The notes: generated by a model not told the origin, from the letters alone. A stretch of 64,000 nt of DNA from Dimorphilus gyrociliatus (GCA_904063045.1 CAJFCJ010000019.1:2123700-2187699), one strand, 5' to 3'. Positions 50,558-62,415 are shown, counted from the stretch's first letter. Numbers and translations are program-made.

Positions 50558-51892
50558 ATGCAATATCGTAAATTTTACACATATTTTCAAATAGCTTTCA
50601 AATATCCTTTCATGTATATTATATATATGTATAGTCTATCATTTCTACTGAAAAGGACTCTCAACTATGAAGTTGGAGGAAAGAAACAACTTGACATCAA
50701 TGAATTTCCTGCTTCAACATTAAAAACAATTCTGGATCATAGAGGTGTAAGCCACAGAGGTTCACTCTCAAAACTTTCGTTAAAAGATTTAATTCAATTA
50801 AGTGGAGGATTATCCAGAGAAGAATCTGAAAATATAAATTTTAGACAAATTTCACCAATCTACTTTCAGAATTCCAAAGACTACAATTATTTTGTTAATA
50901 ACGAAAGTAGGAGTGTTTGGTTAGTTCACTTCCTCGTTTTTGGCAAAGAAAGTAAATCCTCAGCGTCAGAATGGGACAAAATGTTAAAACTAGGATTATC
51001 TTGGCCCTTGCGATATGGGATACATAAGTGTATGTCTACAAACGATAACTGTCCGTCTCATAGAAACAGAGTCTCAACAATATCCTTGTTGATCCCACCA
51101 ACAAAAGAAGGTGTAAAAATGAGTAGCGTACATTTTCCCAACACTCCGTCACTACTGCTAAAAGATTGGATTGGAGAAGAACTAGCAAAGATAAGATTAG
51201 CTACGGTAAAAAATAGAACCAAATTTAAAGATTGGATTCTAGATGATGGTATGAAAATTGTCATCTCATCACCTCTTCCAATTCCTCCTACATTTCTTAT
51301 ATTTCTCAGAATTCATTATCAAGGGATCATACAATTTGCTTTTATAAATACCAGGTCAAATATAGGGAGGGATATTGGTAAAGGAATTTTTTATGTTCCT
51401 GGAGAAACAAGCGTTTTTATATATGATGGACCTAATTCTATTAATTTTGGTAAGATTAAGAGCCAGGGCATATTCTATTCATATAAATCAATGAATTTAT
51501 TCCTTAGATCTTTAATTCTAAGTTATTTCGACATTACGTTATTCTTAATGTTAAACGTGACTCTAGCTTACTTGTTACAAATATTATCCTACAATTGTGG
51601 AAGGAGTACACCATTGTTAATTCGAGAGTTGCTCATTTGCAATATATTCATAATATTTATTATAACAGTATTAATGATCGTAAGTCCAATCTTGAAAGCT
51701 CTTTTTAGCTTCTTACAAATATCAATAGTAAATATCAAATATACATTTATAATATCTGCAATAAGACAGGAATTTATGTACTATGGAGTACTGAATTTGG
51801 ATGCGTTGTCTCTTAAGTTTATAGGTATATTGGCCATGTCAAACGTGTTATATAATATAGGAAATATATTTCAATTTATCCATACTATGTAA
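50558..51892 (+). CDS. RNF103-like copy E: intronless, lacks RING
   Basis: 444 aa ORF with LKTILDHRGVSHRG, VWLVH, W..M...LSWPLRYGIHKC, PPTFLIFLRIHYQGIIQFAFIN and SMNLFLRSL, all matching the RNF103 N-terminal and TM region. It ends after the TM segments. Confidence 0.85.
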   Translation: MQYRKFYTYFQIAFKYPFMYIIYMYSLSFLLKRTLNYEVGGKKQLDINEFPASTLKTILDHRGVSHRGSLSKLSLKDLIQLSGGLSREESENINFRQISPIYFQNSKDYNYFVNNESRSVWLVHFLVFGKESKSSASEWDKMLKLGLSWPLRYGIHKCMSTNDNCPSHRNRVSTISLLIPPTKEGVKMSSVHFPNTPSLLLKDWIGEELAKIRLATVKNRTKFKDWILDDGMKIVISSPLPIPPTFLIFLRIHYQGIIQFAFINTRSNIGRDIGKGIFYVPGETSVFIYDGPNSINFGKIKSQGIFYSYKSMNLFLRSLILSYFDITLFLMLNVTLAYLLQILSYNCGRSTPLLIRELLICNIFIIFIITVLMIVSPILKALFSFLQISIVNIKYTFIISAIRQEFMYYGVLNLDALSLKFIGILAMSNVLYNIGNIFQFIHTM

Positions 51893-52454
51893 CGTAAATA
51901 TTTACTTGATTTGTTAAAAATTTCAATCAATTGACTTTTATTGATTGTGATGAATAAATTTTTTTTCCTTCAATCCGTAAAACCACGTAAGCATTTAACG
52001 ATTTGGTTACGTGGTCAAATTTTGTTTTCTTTTTTATATTCCTCCAATTTATTCCGAAGAGTAAATAGAATGCTCAAAAGTTCTTAAGTAGACTTTTAAC
52101 AAGGACATTTAGGGAATTAAGACGATAAAGGGGAGGAATTAGTCAAAAAACTTATTTATTTATCCAATTCTGTTTTATTTGATTGTTCTCAATCATATTT
52201 ATATATATTTGCCATTACTATTATTTATAGAATAAAGGATTCAGCGATTAATTGTTTGATTTGTTTGAGAAGAAGCTAGATAATTTGATAGCTTATATAT
52301 AAGAAAGAATCATATTATCAGAATAATCTTTAGACATGTTGCCTTAGACTTTGATAAATATTGATAATTGATAAATTATCGGTGCTATTTCGTGCTATTC
52401 CCGCTATCTGAACATTTTCATTCACAGAAGAGAAAACACTTTTCTTGGTAGTAA

Positions 52455-52513
52455 GACTACAGTGTCCATAAACTTTTTCCGGTGACGCATGCGCATACCG
52501 GATTTACGTGGCA
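52455..52513 (+). promoter_or_regulatory. SEC24 core promoter motif cluster (ZNF143-like, NRF1-like and CREB3/CrebA-type sites)
   Basis: GACTACAGTGTCCA at 52455, TGACG at 52483, CGCATGCGCA at 52486-52495 and ACGTGGCA (reverse complement TGCCACGT) at 52506-52513, about 310 bp upstream of the ATG. Confidence 0.45.
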
Positions 52514-52818
52514 TCCAACTTGACGATTGAACAAGACTATTAAAATTTTGGATTTAGATCGTGTTGATTCAAAAAGTAAATGTAAGTTTGTGTTAGAGTG
52601 ATAATAAATTGTTTTCATCCTGTTATCTTATTTTTGAATAACGATCGATTATACCTAAATTTCCAAGTGTTATGACAAGTATTTTCGTCTGTCGAAAGCC
52701 GAGCCACGTTTCACTGAACACGTACTTTTCCTGTTTTATTTAAAACGAGATGATTGCGTTATTATATCATAAGATCGGGGGAGGCAACTAATGTTGGATA
52801 TTATTTTTCAGTCTGAAA

Positions 52819-55800
52819 ATGAATCAGCCTTTCACTCATGGTTCAAATTATCCCCCTCCTCTTTCAACAAATGGAGTAGGACAAACAAACTTCGGGGCAC
52901 CTCGGCCTGCAGGTTAGGAGATTGAACCACATATCAAAAAAGTTTGATCTAAACATATCTTTTATACACTAACAGATGTTAATGGTGTACATAACGGAAT
53001 GCAGAATATGAATTTCCCGCCGCCGATGAACATGAATAGGTACGTTGAAAGAAGATAAAATGAAATAAATAATACATCATTCAGTTAAGACTTGTCGTTT
53101 TTTTAGAATGCCTTTTTCTCAAGCTACACCACTTTCTCAATCCCAAGGTTTTCCTAATCCAAATCCAAATACAAGTCAAGCAGGCCAGCCAAATAACCCA
53201 AATTCACAAGGATATCCTCCCCGATTGTCAAGACCTGCCGATGTAATAAAGCAAATTTTTATAACATTTATATAAATACTCTCTTCAATATCAACAGATT
53301 TCTCAATCTATGGGAAATATGCACGTCTACGATTCAGCTCCAAGACCGTCAATTCCTCCATCAGGAGTAAATTCCCAAAATGCGCCACCACATATGGGAG
53401 GAAATATACCACAGAATCTACCACCTCCAGTAGGAGGAAATGTACAACAGAATTTACCCCATTCAGTTGGAGGAAATGCACAACATAATCTACCACCTCC
53501 TTCCGGGGGTAATTTCCCGCAGAATATGCCACCAAATCTAGGAGGTAATGCACCACCAAATATGCCTCCCCATGTTGGGGGAGGTATTCAGCATAATATG
53601 CAACCTCCGGTAGGAAGTAACTTTCAGAATTTACCATCTCATCCAAGTAGTGGAGTTCCCAGTGCATTTTCAGCACCACCTTCATCGAATTATAATCCGA
53701 ATTTACAGACTTTACACATGCCTCCTAAATCTGCTTCTCCAGCGTCCGCTATTAACGGACCGCCAATTCCCCCCAAGGATATACATCCTCCAATAGCTTC
53801 GACTTCTGGCCTTCCTGGTCAATATCTTCCACCAACCTCTAGTCAAGCTCCCCCCCATTTCAATAGTCAAATGCAACCCCCAACTCCCGGATCGCTTGGT
53901 GGCCCACATGGTCTACAACAGAGTTCTCAAATGATGGCTGGCGCTTCTGTAGCTCCTCCTCCTCCTCCTCCTGGCCAGCAAATGCTCGGAAATATGCCAC
54001 CCCCTCCCCAAATCGGACAACATTATGTTCCACCAGGGCAACCAGGACAATTTGTGCAACAACCTGGACTAGCTTCTCAACCTCAACCAGGTTATGGAGC
54101 TAAAAAATTAGATCCTAATCAAATGCCCAGCCCTATTCAAGTTATCGAAGATGATAGAGTTAACAGAGGAGGAATTTTTACAACGGAAGGACGCGGAAAG
54201 GTACCTCCGTTAGTAACAACTCCTTTCATTTGCGAAGATAGTGGAAATGCAAACCCTCGTTTATTGAGGTCAAGCATGTATAACGTTCCAATCAGCAAGG
54301 ATATGCTTAAACAAAGTGAAGTTCCCTTTGCTATCGCAGTACAACCTTTAGCTGTATTGGCACATAATGAACGTCCCCTACCTATTGTTGATATGGGTGA
54401 ACAGGGACCTATTCGTTGTAATCGATGTAAGGCTTATATGTGTAACAATATGCAGTTTATCGATGGCGGAAGAAGATTTCAATGCTGCTTTTGCTCCTGT
54501 ATAACTGACGTTCGTCAAGATTATTTTGCTCATTTGGGAGCTGATGGACGAAGGGTAGATGCAAGCTATAGACCAGAATTATCTTTAGGAGCATTCGAAT
54601 TTCTTGCTACAAAATCATACTGTAAAAACGATAAACTGCCAAAAGAGCCAGCTTTTATCTTTATGATAGATGTTAGCTACAATGCTGTTCGAAGTGGCTT
54701 AGTCCATTTATTATGCTCTAGATTAAGGGAGGACATCCTACAATATCTACCCGTAGATACTTCCAGACAAGGCTTCGAGAAGCGCTCGGAAATAAGAGTT
54801 GGATTTGTTACATTTCATAGACAAGTTCACTTTTATAACCTTCATCCATCTCTCACCCAACCTCAAATGTTGGTCGTATCAGATATTAATGATATGTTTG
54901 TCCCTCTTGTTGACGGATTTCTTGTGAAAGTGCAAGAATCCTACGAATTGATTGACACTTTATTGGATCAAATTCCAAGAATGTTTGCTGATAGTCGGGA
55001 AACGGAAACATTGCTTGGCCCTGTTATCGAAGCTGGTTTAGACGCATTACAATCTGCTGAAAGAACTGGGAAGTTATTTATCTTTCAATCCAGTTTACCG
55101 ATATTGAAAGCACCTGGTTCACTATCGAATAGGGACGAAAGAAACGCATTAGGGACTGAAAAGGAAAAAACTCTCTTATCTCCTAACGGTAATTATTATA
55201 CCAAGTTGTCAGAAAAGTGTGTCGCAGCCGGTTGCGGTGTTGATTTATATCTAACTCCTAATTCTTTCATTGACGTTGCTACGATTGGTGAAATAACTAA
55301 ATTAACTGGAGGATCCATTCATAAGTATCAGTATTTCCAAGCTGATTTGGATGGCGAGAGATTAATAAATGATCTTCTTCAAAACGTCTCTAGACCGATT
55401 GGTTTTGACGCAATCATGCGTGTTAGAACTAGCACAGGAATTAGGCCTACAGATTTCTTAGGCGCTGTTCACATGTCAAACACTACTGACATCGAAATGG
55501 CTACAATTGATAGCGATAAGAGTATTGCTGTCGAAATTTTGCACGACGACAAGTTAAAACCAGAGGAGGGAGCTTTCGTTCAAGTGGCTTTATTATATAC
55601 TTCGTGTTCCGGGCAAAGACGGTTAAGAATCCTAAATATGGCTTTGAATTGCGCCGAAGAAATGACAGAGGTCTTTAAAGCTTGTGAATTGGACACAGTA
55701 GTTAATTTCTTATCTAAATATTACGCAAGAGAAACTCTGCGCTCAAATCCCAAGGCAGTTAGGGAAAAATTTACAGGTCAAGTTGCTCGAATTCTAGCAT

Positions 55801-56569
55801 GCTACAGAAAGAAATGTTCAACTTCAACGGCCAGTGGTCAATTAATCTTACCAGAATGTATGAAATTATTACCATTATATGCTAATTGCATATTGAAATC
55901 CCCGGCTTTCCAAGGATCATCCGAAATCTCGCTTGACGATAGAGCGTTTATGATGTGCGCTCTATCTTCAATGTCGGTTAGAGAAACAGCTGGATTCTTT
56001 TATCCGAGATTGATACCATTGACTGCAATAGATCCGAATGCTACAGCTATACCAACTGCCATAAGATGCTCTCAAGAAAGGCTACAGAGCGATGGAGCTT
56101 ATTTATTGGAGAACGGTATGCAAATGTTTATATGGGTTGGTAAAGATATTGATCCAGAATGGGTACAAGCCGTTTTCGGAGTTGATAATCCCATCCATAT
56201 CGATGTTGATTCCGTAAGTTTAATTATTTTTTTTGCAGAAAAAGGGAAAATAAAGTGACACATTTCTTTTCTAATAGACCCGTTTGAAAGACCTGGATAA
56301 TCCATACTCCAAACGTGTTAGGGATATTGTAAAAAGAGTTCAAGCTGAACATAATAGGCAAATGAAGGTAATTATCATCTTTATAAATACAATAAAAATT
56401 ATTTAATTCTTCTTTTTCAAAATAGTTGGTCATTGTGAAAGAAAAGGATAAATTAGAACCAATTTTCGCCCAATTCCTCGTTGAAGACAGAAGCGGATTG
56501 AGTGGTTCAGTATCTTACGTAGACTTTTTATGTCACATTCATAAAGAAATTCGAGCATTGTTAAGTTGA
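52819..56569 (+). CDS. SEC24C: COPII coat subunit Sec24C/D
   Basis: Pro/Gln-rich N-terminal exons, then [17 protein letters not shown], zinc finger [12 protein letters not shown]...FQCCFCSC, trunk [47 protein letters not shown] and the C-terminal [17 protein letters not shown]. Confidence 0.96.
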
Positions 56570-56854
56570 ATTATATGATTGATTATTCTTTATTGTTTTC
56601 CTAAATTATTTATAAATTGGAAAAAGTTATATGTGTTTAAAAAGAAGAAAAATTGTACAAAAATATTATATTATATTGGTTTTAAAAATTATTTCTTTGA
56701 AGAAAAAAAAAGAACAATTGTACTCTTAGGAATTTTTTTTCTTTCCTTTTTTTGCGTTAAATGGTAGTTTTGTGGTTTGATAACATACAAATTAATTAAA
56801 TGAGGATATCTTTATACATATATATATATATATATATATGTATATAGTTTCCTT

Positions 56855-58399
56855 TTAATGGTTTTTTGATATTTTCTCTTTGGACGATGATGGAGGATTA
56901 ATTGGATCGAGAATTTTTGTTGAGAATAGCTCTGATGGTTGATAATTGATGTAGAATAATTTTTGTCTACTTTTTTCATATACGACGTCTAAGACTGCTC
57001 CACTTACTTCTAAAGTTGCGAGGTGTTCACCTCTTTGTGTGAAAAGGTGCATTTGTTTTGCTTCGTAATCGGCAACTATTAATTCTCCTCGGTCTGATAG
57101 ACACATACCTCGGGGATGTTTTATTATTCCTGATGTTGCGTATTTCATTACTGTTGAATTCTTTGAATAATTGAAAATGAGCATTAATTCTTGAGCAGTC
57201 AGGCAAGTAACACCAATAAAGGTTTCTGTTCCGCATACTGTAAGATCGTTAGAATATTCTAATTTACCAAATGGTAACACCATACTCCAACGTTTCTCTT
57301 GACACATTGGACTCCAGACTGCTAAAACTCCTTCGCCTTGGGCGTTCATTCCACCGAGTATTACGTCGCCGTTGTGTCTTGTAAAGACGCTGTGTACGCT
57401 ATGAATCTCCTCCAGCTCTGTCAGTTGAAAGGGTTGCTGATCAGTTTCGGATCTATGCCACAGTGTATTATCTTCTTCCACCCTGGCCACCCAATAAATT
57501 CTTCCATCGGGTGAACAGGTTGCCGAAATAGTCTCTTCATTATGAAAGATATCAACCAGCTCCCCACGAAAAGTATAAATAGCCAAGTAACGATTTGAGC
57601 CAATCATTAAACCCCTTTGATTGGGCGCCAAAGATATGCAATGTACCGAACCCTCTCCCAATGGTCGACCGTGCCTTGAATGATCAACTGAAAGTACTCC
57701 CAATTGACTCGAAGCGGCGGCCGTTATTGGTGCCCAACGAAATCCTAACTTTCCCGGTCGAATTACGTCTGGTTTGGTCATTTTGGCCAAATGCATTATT
57801 AATTGTTTAACCTCATTCGTGAGTCTTTGACTGTTAGCATGATTTTGTAGATCAATGACGTGCGCTCTCCTAGCTGATATTTCCTGATTATGGTTAAGAA
57901 CTTTGAATTGCTCCCTTTCGACATGCTTCGTCAGTTCTTGATATTCTTCCCTCGCTTTTTGCAGTAGAGCTTTCTCTTCGTGCGCTATTAAAGCAATCTG
58001 CTGCTCATGCCATTGCCTTCTGGATGTAGCCGCTTCTTTAATCTTTTTCTCGACTGAAGCTAAATTACCGTCAACTTTGTCCCTATCAATCTTTTGAATA
58101 TTGTCGATCTTTAGTCTTTCCAGTATTTCGTGACAATTGATTAAATCGCTCTCCAGTTCCGTAAGTATCTTTTCAGCCTCTTGAATTCTATGATCTCGAT
58201 GACCATCGCAATTATCGCAATGCCACGTAAAACATTCCGTACACCATTTAGTGCATAAGACATTAGAATGAAGTAGACATGTGACACGACGCTCCATTTT
58301 ACATAGTTTACTAGCTATTCTCTCTTTGGGATGGTTTGTGTGATTTACCTGGCTTTCCCTTTTCGACATGTTGGGAGTTTGTATGCTGACACTGCTCAT
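56855..58399 (-). CDS. RING-less TRIM-like protein: B-box2 + coiled coil + NHL-like beta-propeller, intronless
   Basis: B-box CLLH-X8-CTEC-X4-CDNCDGHRDH, a heptad-rich helical region and propeller repeats such as IKHPRGMCLSDRGELIVADYEAKQMHLF. Confidence 0.78.
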   Translation of the reverse strand: MSSVSIQTPNMSKRESQVNHTNHPKERIASKLCKMERRVTCLLHSNVLCTKWCTECFTWHCDNCDGHRDHRIQEAEKILTELESDLINCHEILERLKIDNIQKIDRDKVDGNLASVEKKIKEAATSRRQWHEQQIALIAHEEKALLQKAREEYQELTKHVEREQFKVLNHNQEISARRAHVIDLQNHANSQRLTNEVKQLIMHLAKMTKPDVIRPGKLGFRWAPITAAASSQLGVLSVDHSRHGRPLGEGSVHCISLAPNQRGLMIGSNRYLAIYTFRGELVDIFHNEETISATCSPDGRIYWVARVEEDNTLWHRSETDQQPFQLTELEEIHSVHSVFTRHNGDVILGGMNAQGEGVLAVWSPMCQEKRWSMVLPFGKLEYSNDLTVCGTETFIGVTCLTAQELMLIFNYSKNSTVMKYATSGIIKHPRGMCLSDRGELIVADYEAKQMHLFTQRGEHLATLEVSGAVLDVVYEKSRQKLFYINYQPSELFSTKILDPINPPSSSKEKISKNH

Positions 58400-58716
58400 T
58401 TTTCTTCTTTAATTAATTTTCTTTTATTTATAAATTCTTTAATTCGTTTTTAATTTTAAATATTTAGTATTGATGACGAAAGACTAACAACTAAACTTTA
58501 AATTTATTAACTATTCCCGCCTTTTTTTATTGCAGCGTCGCCGTTGGCAACCTGGTAAACAGTTTTGATCAGATCCGGTATTTTTTGACCTAGTGTTGAA
58601 TTTAGCTTTACCCAACAACAACAAATATTCTACATATCTCGTTGAATAATTAAATTTTCAGTCGTGAACTAAATTAAACTTCTAAACGTCTGACGTAGTA
58701 AACGATTGGTGAGAAG

Positions 58717-60863
58717 ATGACATCAAGGCCTTTACTAAGGCGGAGGCCGGCAAGTTCCAAAGTATTTCGTCAGGTTTATGATGATCGTTTAAAGGAGAAA
58801 TATGAAGAACTATGCGAACTAATACAAAAAACTCCAGGTCTGCCATGCGTTGAGAATGATCTATACGAAAAGGCTAAAAGAGCAATGAAAGTGTATGAGA
58901 GATCTCAAAGAGGATATTTACCAGATCCACTACCATTATCAAGGGCAGACAGGATTGGCAGGAAACCTTATTGTTGGCATGAAGAGCACGCCGATTTTGG
59001 TGTTCAAGTTGAAGGTATATCTATTTCACATAGTTTTTTATAATATTTATTCAAATCAATCTATTTATAGAACGTTGTGATAATTACCTTGGAGTACCAG
59101 AACATCAATACGTCACAACAACAGCTCGCCAAAGATTTTACTACGATAATGAATATCACAATGGAACTTTGGGAAATCAGACTAAGCCACTTTTACCTAT
59201 TAAGAAGAGAAGACCCTATTCTGCTGTAGTGACAAGGAAAAAGGCTAGCACTAAATTAGATGAAACTAAAATAAGCGGATCTTTAACTAGCCTATCTTCT
59301 TTGGAAGATGATAAAGACAAAGCTAATAAAGAGATATTTCATCGTTGGAATGCTAAAGATGACGATGTAATGAAGAAGTGGCTTAAGGAAAAAAGGAAAA
59401 TTGAAAAGCAAAAGAGAAAACTAAAGAAAAAGGAAATAAAAGAGAAAGAAGATAAAGAGAGAGAAGAAGAAGAGATCAAAAAGGAAAGACAACAGCAAGG
59501 TAAGAAAGCCTTTAAGGAATGGTCGCAAAGAAAACAAAAAGAAATACTTGATAGGAAAACTCAAATGCTAAAACAACAAGAAGAAGAGGAGAAGAGGGAG
59601 AGAGAAGAACAGAAGAGAATGGAAGTTCTATTTGAGGAATGGAAAAAGAGCAAGGAGAGAGAAAAGAAGCTGTTATCCAAAAGAAATAATGTTAACAATA
59701 AAATGGAGGAAGTTGGCTCTCCTAAGGACGACACAAATTTTCGAAATAATAAGGAGTTTCTAGAATGGGCCAGGAAAAAGAACAAGGAATTGTCTAAGGA
59801 AAAGAACGAGGATAATGGAACGAAATCTGAAGAAGTTGTAAATAAGAAAACAAGCGAAAGGAAGAAGAGATCTCATAGAAAAGCAAATCTTAAATCTGTG
59901 TCAAAAAAAGATGTTGAAAAATTATCGGAAAAATGTGATGAACTCAAGAAAAAGGATGATAAACTTCTTTCATCTGCTTCAAAGGATAAAGAAGAGAAGG
60001 ATGGCTTTTCAGTTAGGTCTACCGAAAAATATGAAGATGAATTAATAAAGCAAAACGAGGATTTAATTACGCAATTAGAACAGAAAGATAATTTAGAAAC
60101 AATTACACGTCTCGAGACCCAGATTGAAATCGATAAAAAGAACGCGGCGTTCAATGGGGACAGCTTATCAACAGGTAGAAGAAGTACAAAGGCTTTGCAA
60201 ATAGAACTCGTGGAACATTGGAATTCTTCTATGACTATTGATAATGAGGAATCACCATCCGTTTCAATATCATTCAATTCGAAAGACGATAATGACGAAG
60301 AGGAACCAATGAGTACAGGTTTTGAAGAGGTTAAACAAAGCATTGAGCAGCAACCTTCTGAAGAGGGTACTCTACCTGTAAATCATCCAACTGAAGAAGA
60401 TAAGGAAGACGTTTCAGATTCTAAAGAAACAACAGAACAAATAACCCATTCGAAAGACTCAGGAGCTGTTCTAAATGAGACTGAAGATCACTCTCAAAGT
60501 ACCCAATCTGAAGCAAACTTACGACAAAGTGTAAATCTAGAAAATGAAAACAATGATAACGTGTCAAATAGTAACAATAATGATAATAACAATAACAATA
60601 ATCTCAATAACGATAGTGAATCAACCAGTATTGAAACTAACCAGGTAGGTAAAATTGAAGATGAAAATCAACATTCCTCAGATACAGAAACCTCTCAAAT
60701 GAAAAACAATAGAACCGACGAACCTGAATCGACGACGATAGAAACTAAAGATGACGTCACAAATGAAAAAGCTGATACTGAAAAAGAGGAAGATTCAAAC
60801 TCCGAAAAGAATACTAAAGAAAATGAAATAGAAGACAAAGAAGAAAAAGACAAACAAGGTTAA
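58717..60863 (+). CDS. Large Lys/Glu-rich coiled-coil protein with repeated F-x-x-W-x-x-x-K motifs (CCDC34/CCDC181/MAP9-like), 2 exons
   Basis: Exons 58717-59014 and 59071-60863 join in frame (VQVE|ERCDNYL...TLGNQTKP). Motifs KKWLKEK, AFKEWSQRK, LFEEWKKSK, FLEWARKK, then an acidic/Asn-rich tail. The family call is tentative. Confidence 0.75.
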
Positions 60864-61486
60864 AAAAAGAAACTGTTGGTAATATTTTTAAATTAACAAT
60901 AACATTAACAAAAACTCTATCTTTATATTTATCTAATAAAAAAAGATCAGACATAGTTTCAAGACTCTATATTAAACGTATTGCATAAATAAAGAATAGA
61001 ATACGTTATAGAACAAAATCCTCAAATATAAGCCTATTCTGATAATTTTGCCAAACACAAGTATAGAATTAATTGGGTAGGTGTGAATAATACATTAAAT
61101 AATATATACATAATAAATCATGATAGTCAATATTCTTATAATTTTTATAATATGGTAATGCCATCTTCAGTTGTTTTATTTTTCTTTCATTAATTCACCT
61201 TATAATACTTTTATATTAGATACGATAAGAAGAAATTGTCTATTATCTTTATTCAAATAGAGGACTATGATACTTTTTCAGAGTGTTCAAAACTAGTAAA
61301 ATATAAAGTTTCCTTTTTTTTCTTCATTTGATCTTATCCTAGAATTTACTCATAGCATAGAAACTTTTATGGTGTTACAATGTAAATATACTTTATAGTA
61401 TGCAGTATATATTTATTAAGATAATTGAAAAAATCTTGTTGAAAGTACACCATCTGTAATCTTATTGGTTGGTAACTGATACGGAC

Positions 61487-61490
<4 letters not shown>

Positions 61491-61530
<40 letters not shown>
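61491..61530. repeat. (CT)n/(CTTT)n microsatellite
   Basis: Long CT dinucleotide run followed by CTTT units. Confidence 0.85.
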
Positions 61531-61533
<3 letters not shown>

Positions 61534-61688
61534 CCCCAGCTATAGCAAATATCATATTATTCAAAGGTATTCAACTTTAAAGAGTGATTTTTTACGATTC
61601 TTTTAAATATATATATAAAAAAGAGAAAGGTATATTTAAGGGAAAAAGAGAAAAATTGAAAAGGATTTGACACAAATTTTTCTTTTTA

Positions 61689-62415
61689 TCAATCTAAATA
61701 AACAGCATGAACAATACAAACGAGAAAAATTGAATCGTTCTTATATTCAACTGTCAGATAATTATCGCTCTGAGAATTCCATAAAGCTCTGGAGGCCATT
61801 CGAAAGCCTTGATCATTCACCTAAATAAATTCGTAGATTTCATGAGTAGTAATAGGTAATCATTAAACGATTAGTTGAAATGTGAAAGAAATATATAAGA
61901 GTTGTGACAAGAGAAGAGAAAGGTGAGAGAAAGAGGGAAGGAGCAAAGGAGAAATGAAAAGTAAAGGGGAAAGAAAACAAGCAGAATAATAATATTAATT
62001 AAATAAGTAATTAATGTATACTTACTTGACCGTACGCAATCTGTACGACATACTTGTATCTATCATATCCTAAATCTTTCATTCGATTCTTGGTCATATT
62101 CGTCAAAGAGCAAATTAGGCGAGGAGCCTCGCTGGGATCGTATCTTTTTCCGCAAAGAATAGGTTCAAAAAGAGTGTAGATAGCTTCGCGAGCTCTTGTA
62201 ACAGGGAATCTCTGGTCAGGTTCAGTTTTATAGGTATTCTCCAATTTAATTAAAGGCTTTTCGCTGACTCTATGTAAAGACATTCCTCTAGACATTCGTT
62301 TCAAACCAAACATCGCTGTAACACTTTGAGCAATATGCTTTAGACTGGACCTCTTCCTCTGAAGAGTCGTCGAAGCTATGCTAACTTTTCTTGAAGAGAT
62401 CTTACTTTCACTCAT
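61689..62415 (-). CDS. Tctex1-domain dynein light chain (TCTEX1D/DYNLT5-like), 2 exons
   Basis: Exons 62415-62026 and 61820-61689. Sequence LENTYKTEP...FPV...RYKYVVQIAYGQ|VNDQGFRMASRALWNSQSDNY...VHAVYLD*. Confidence 0.9.
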
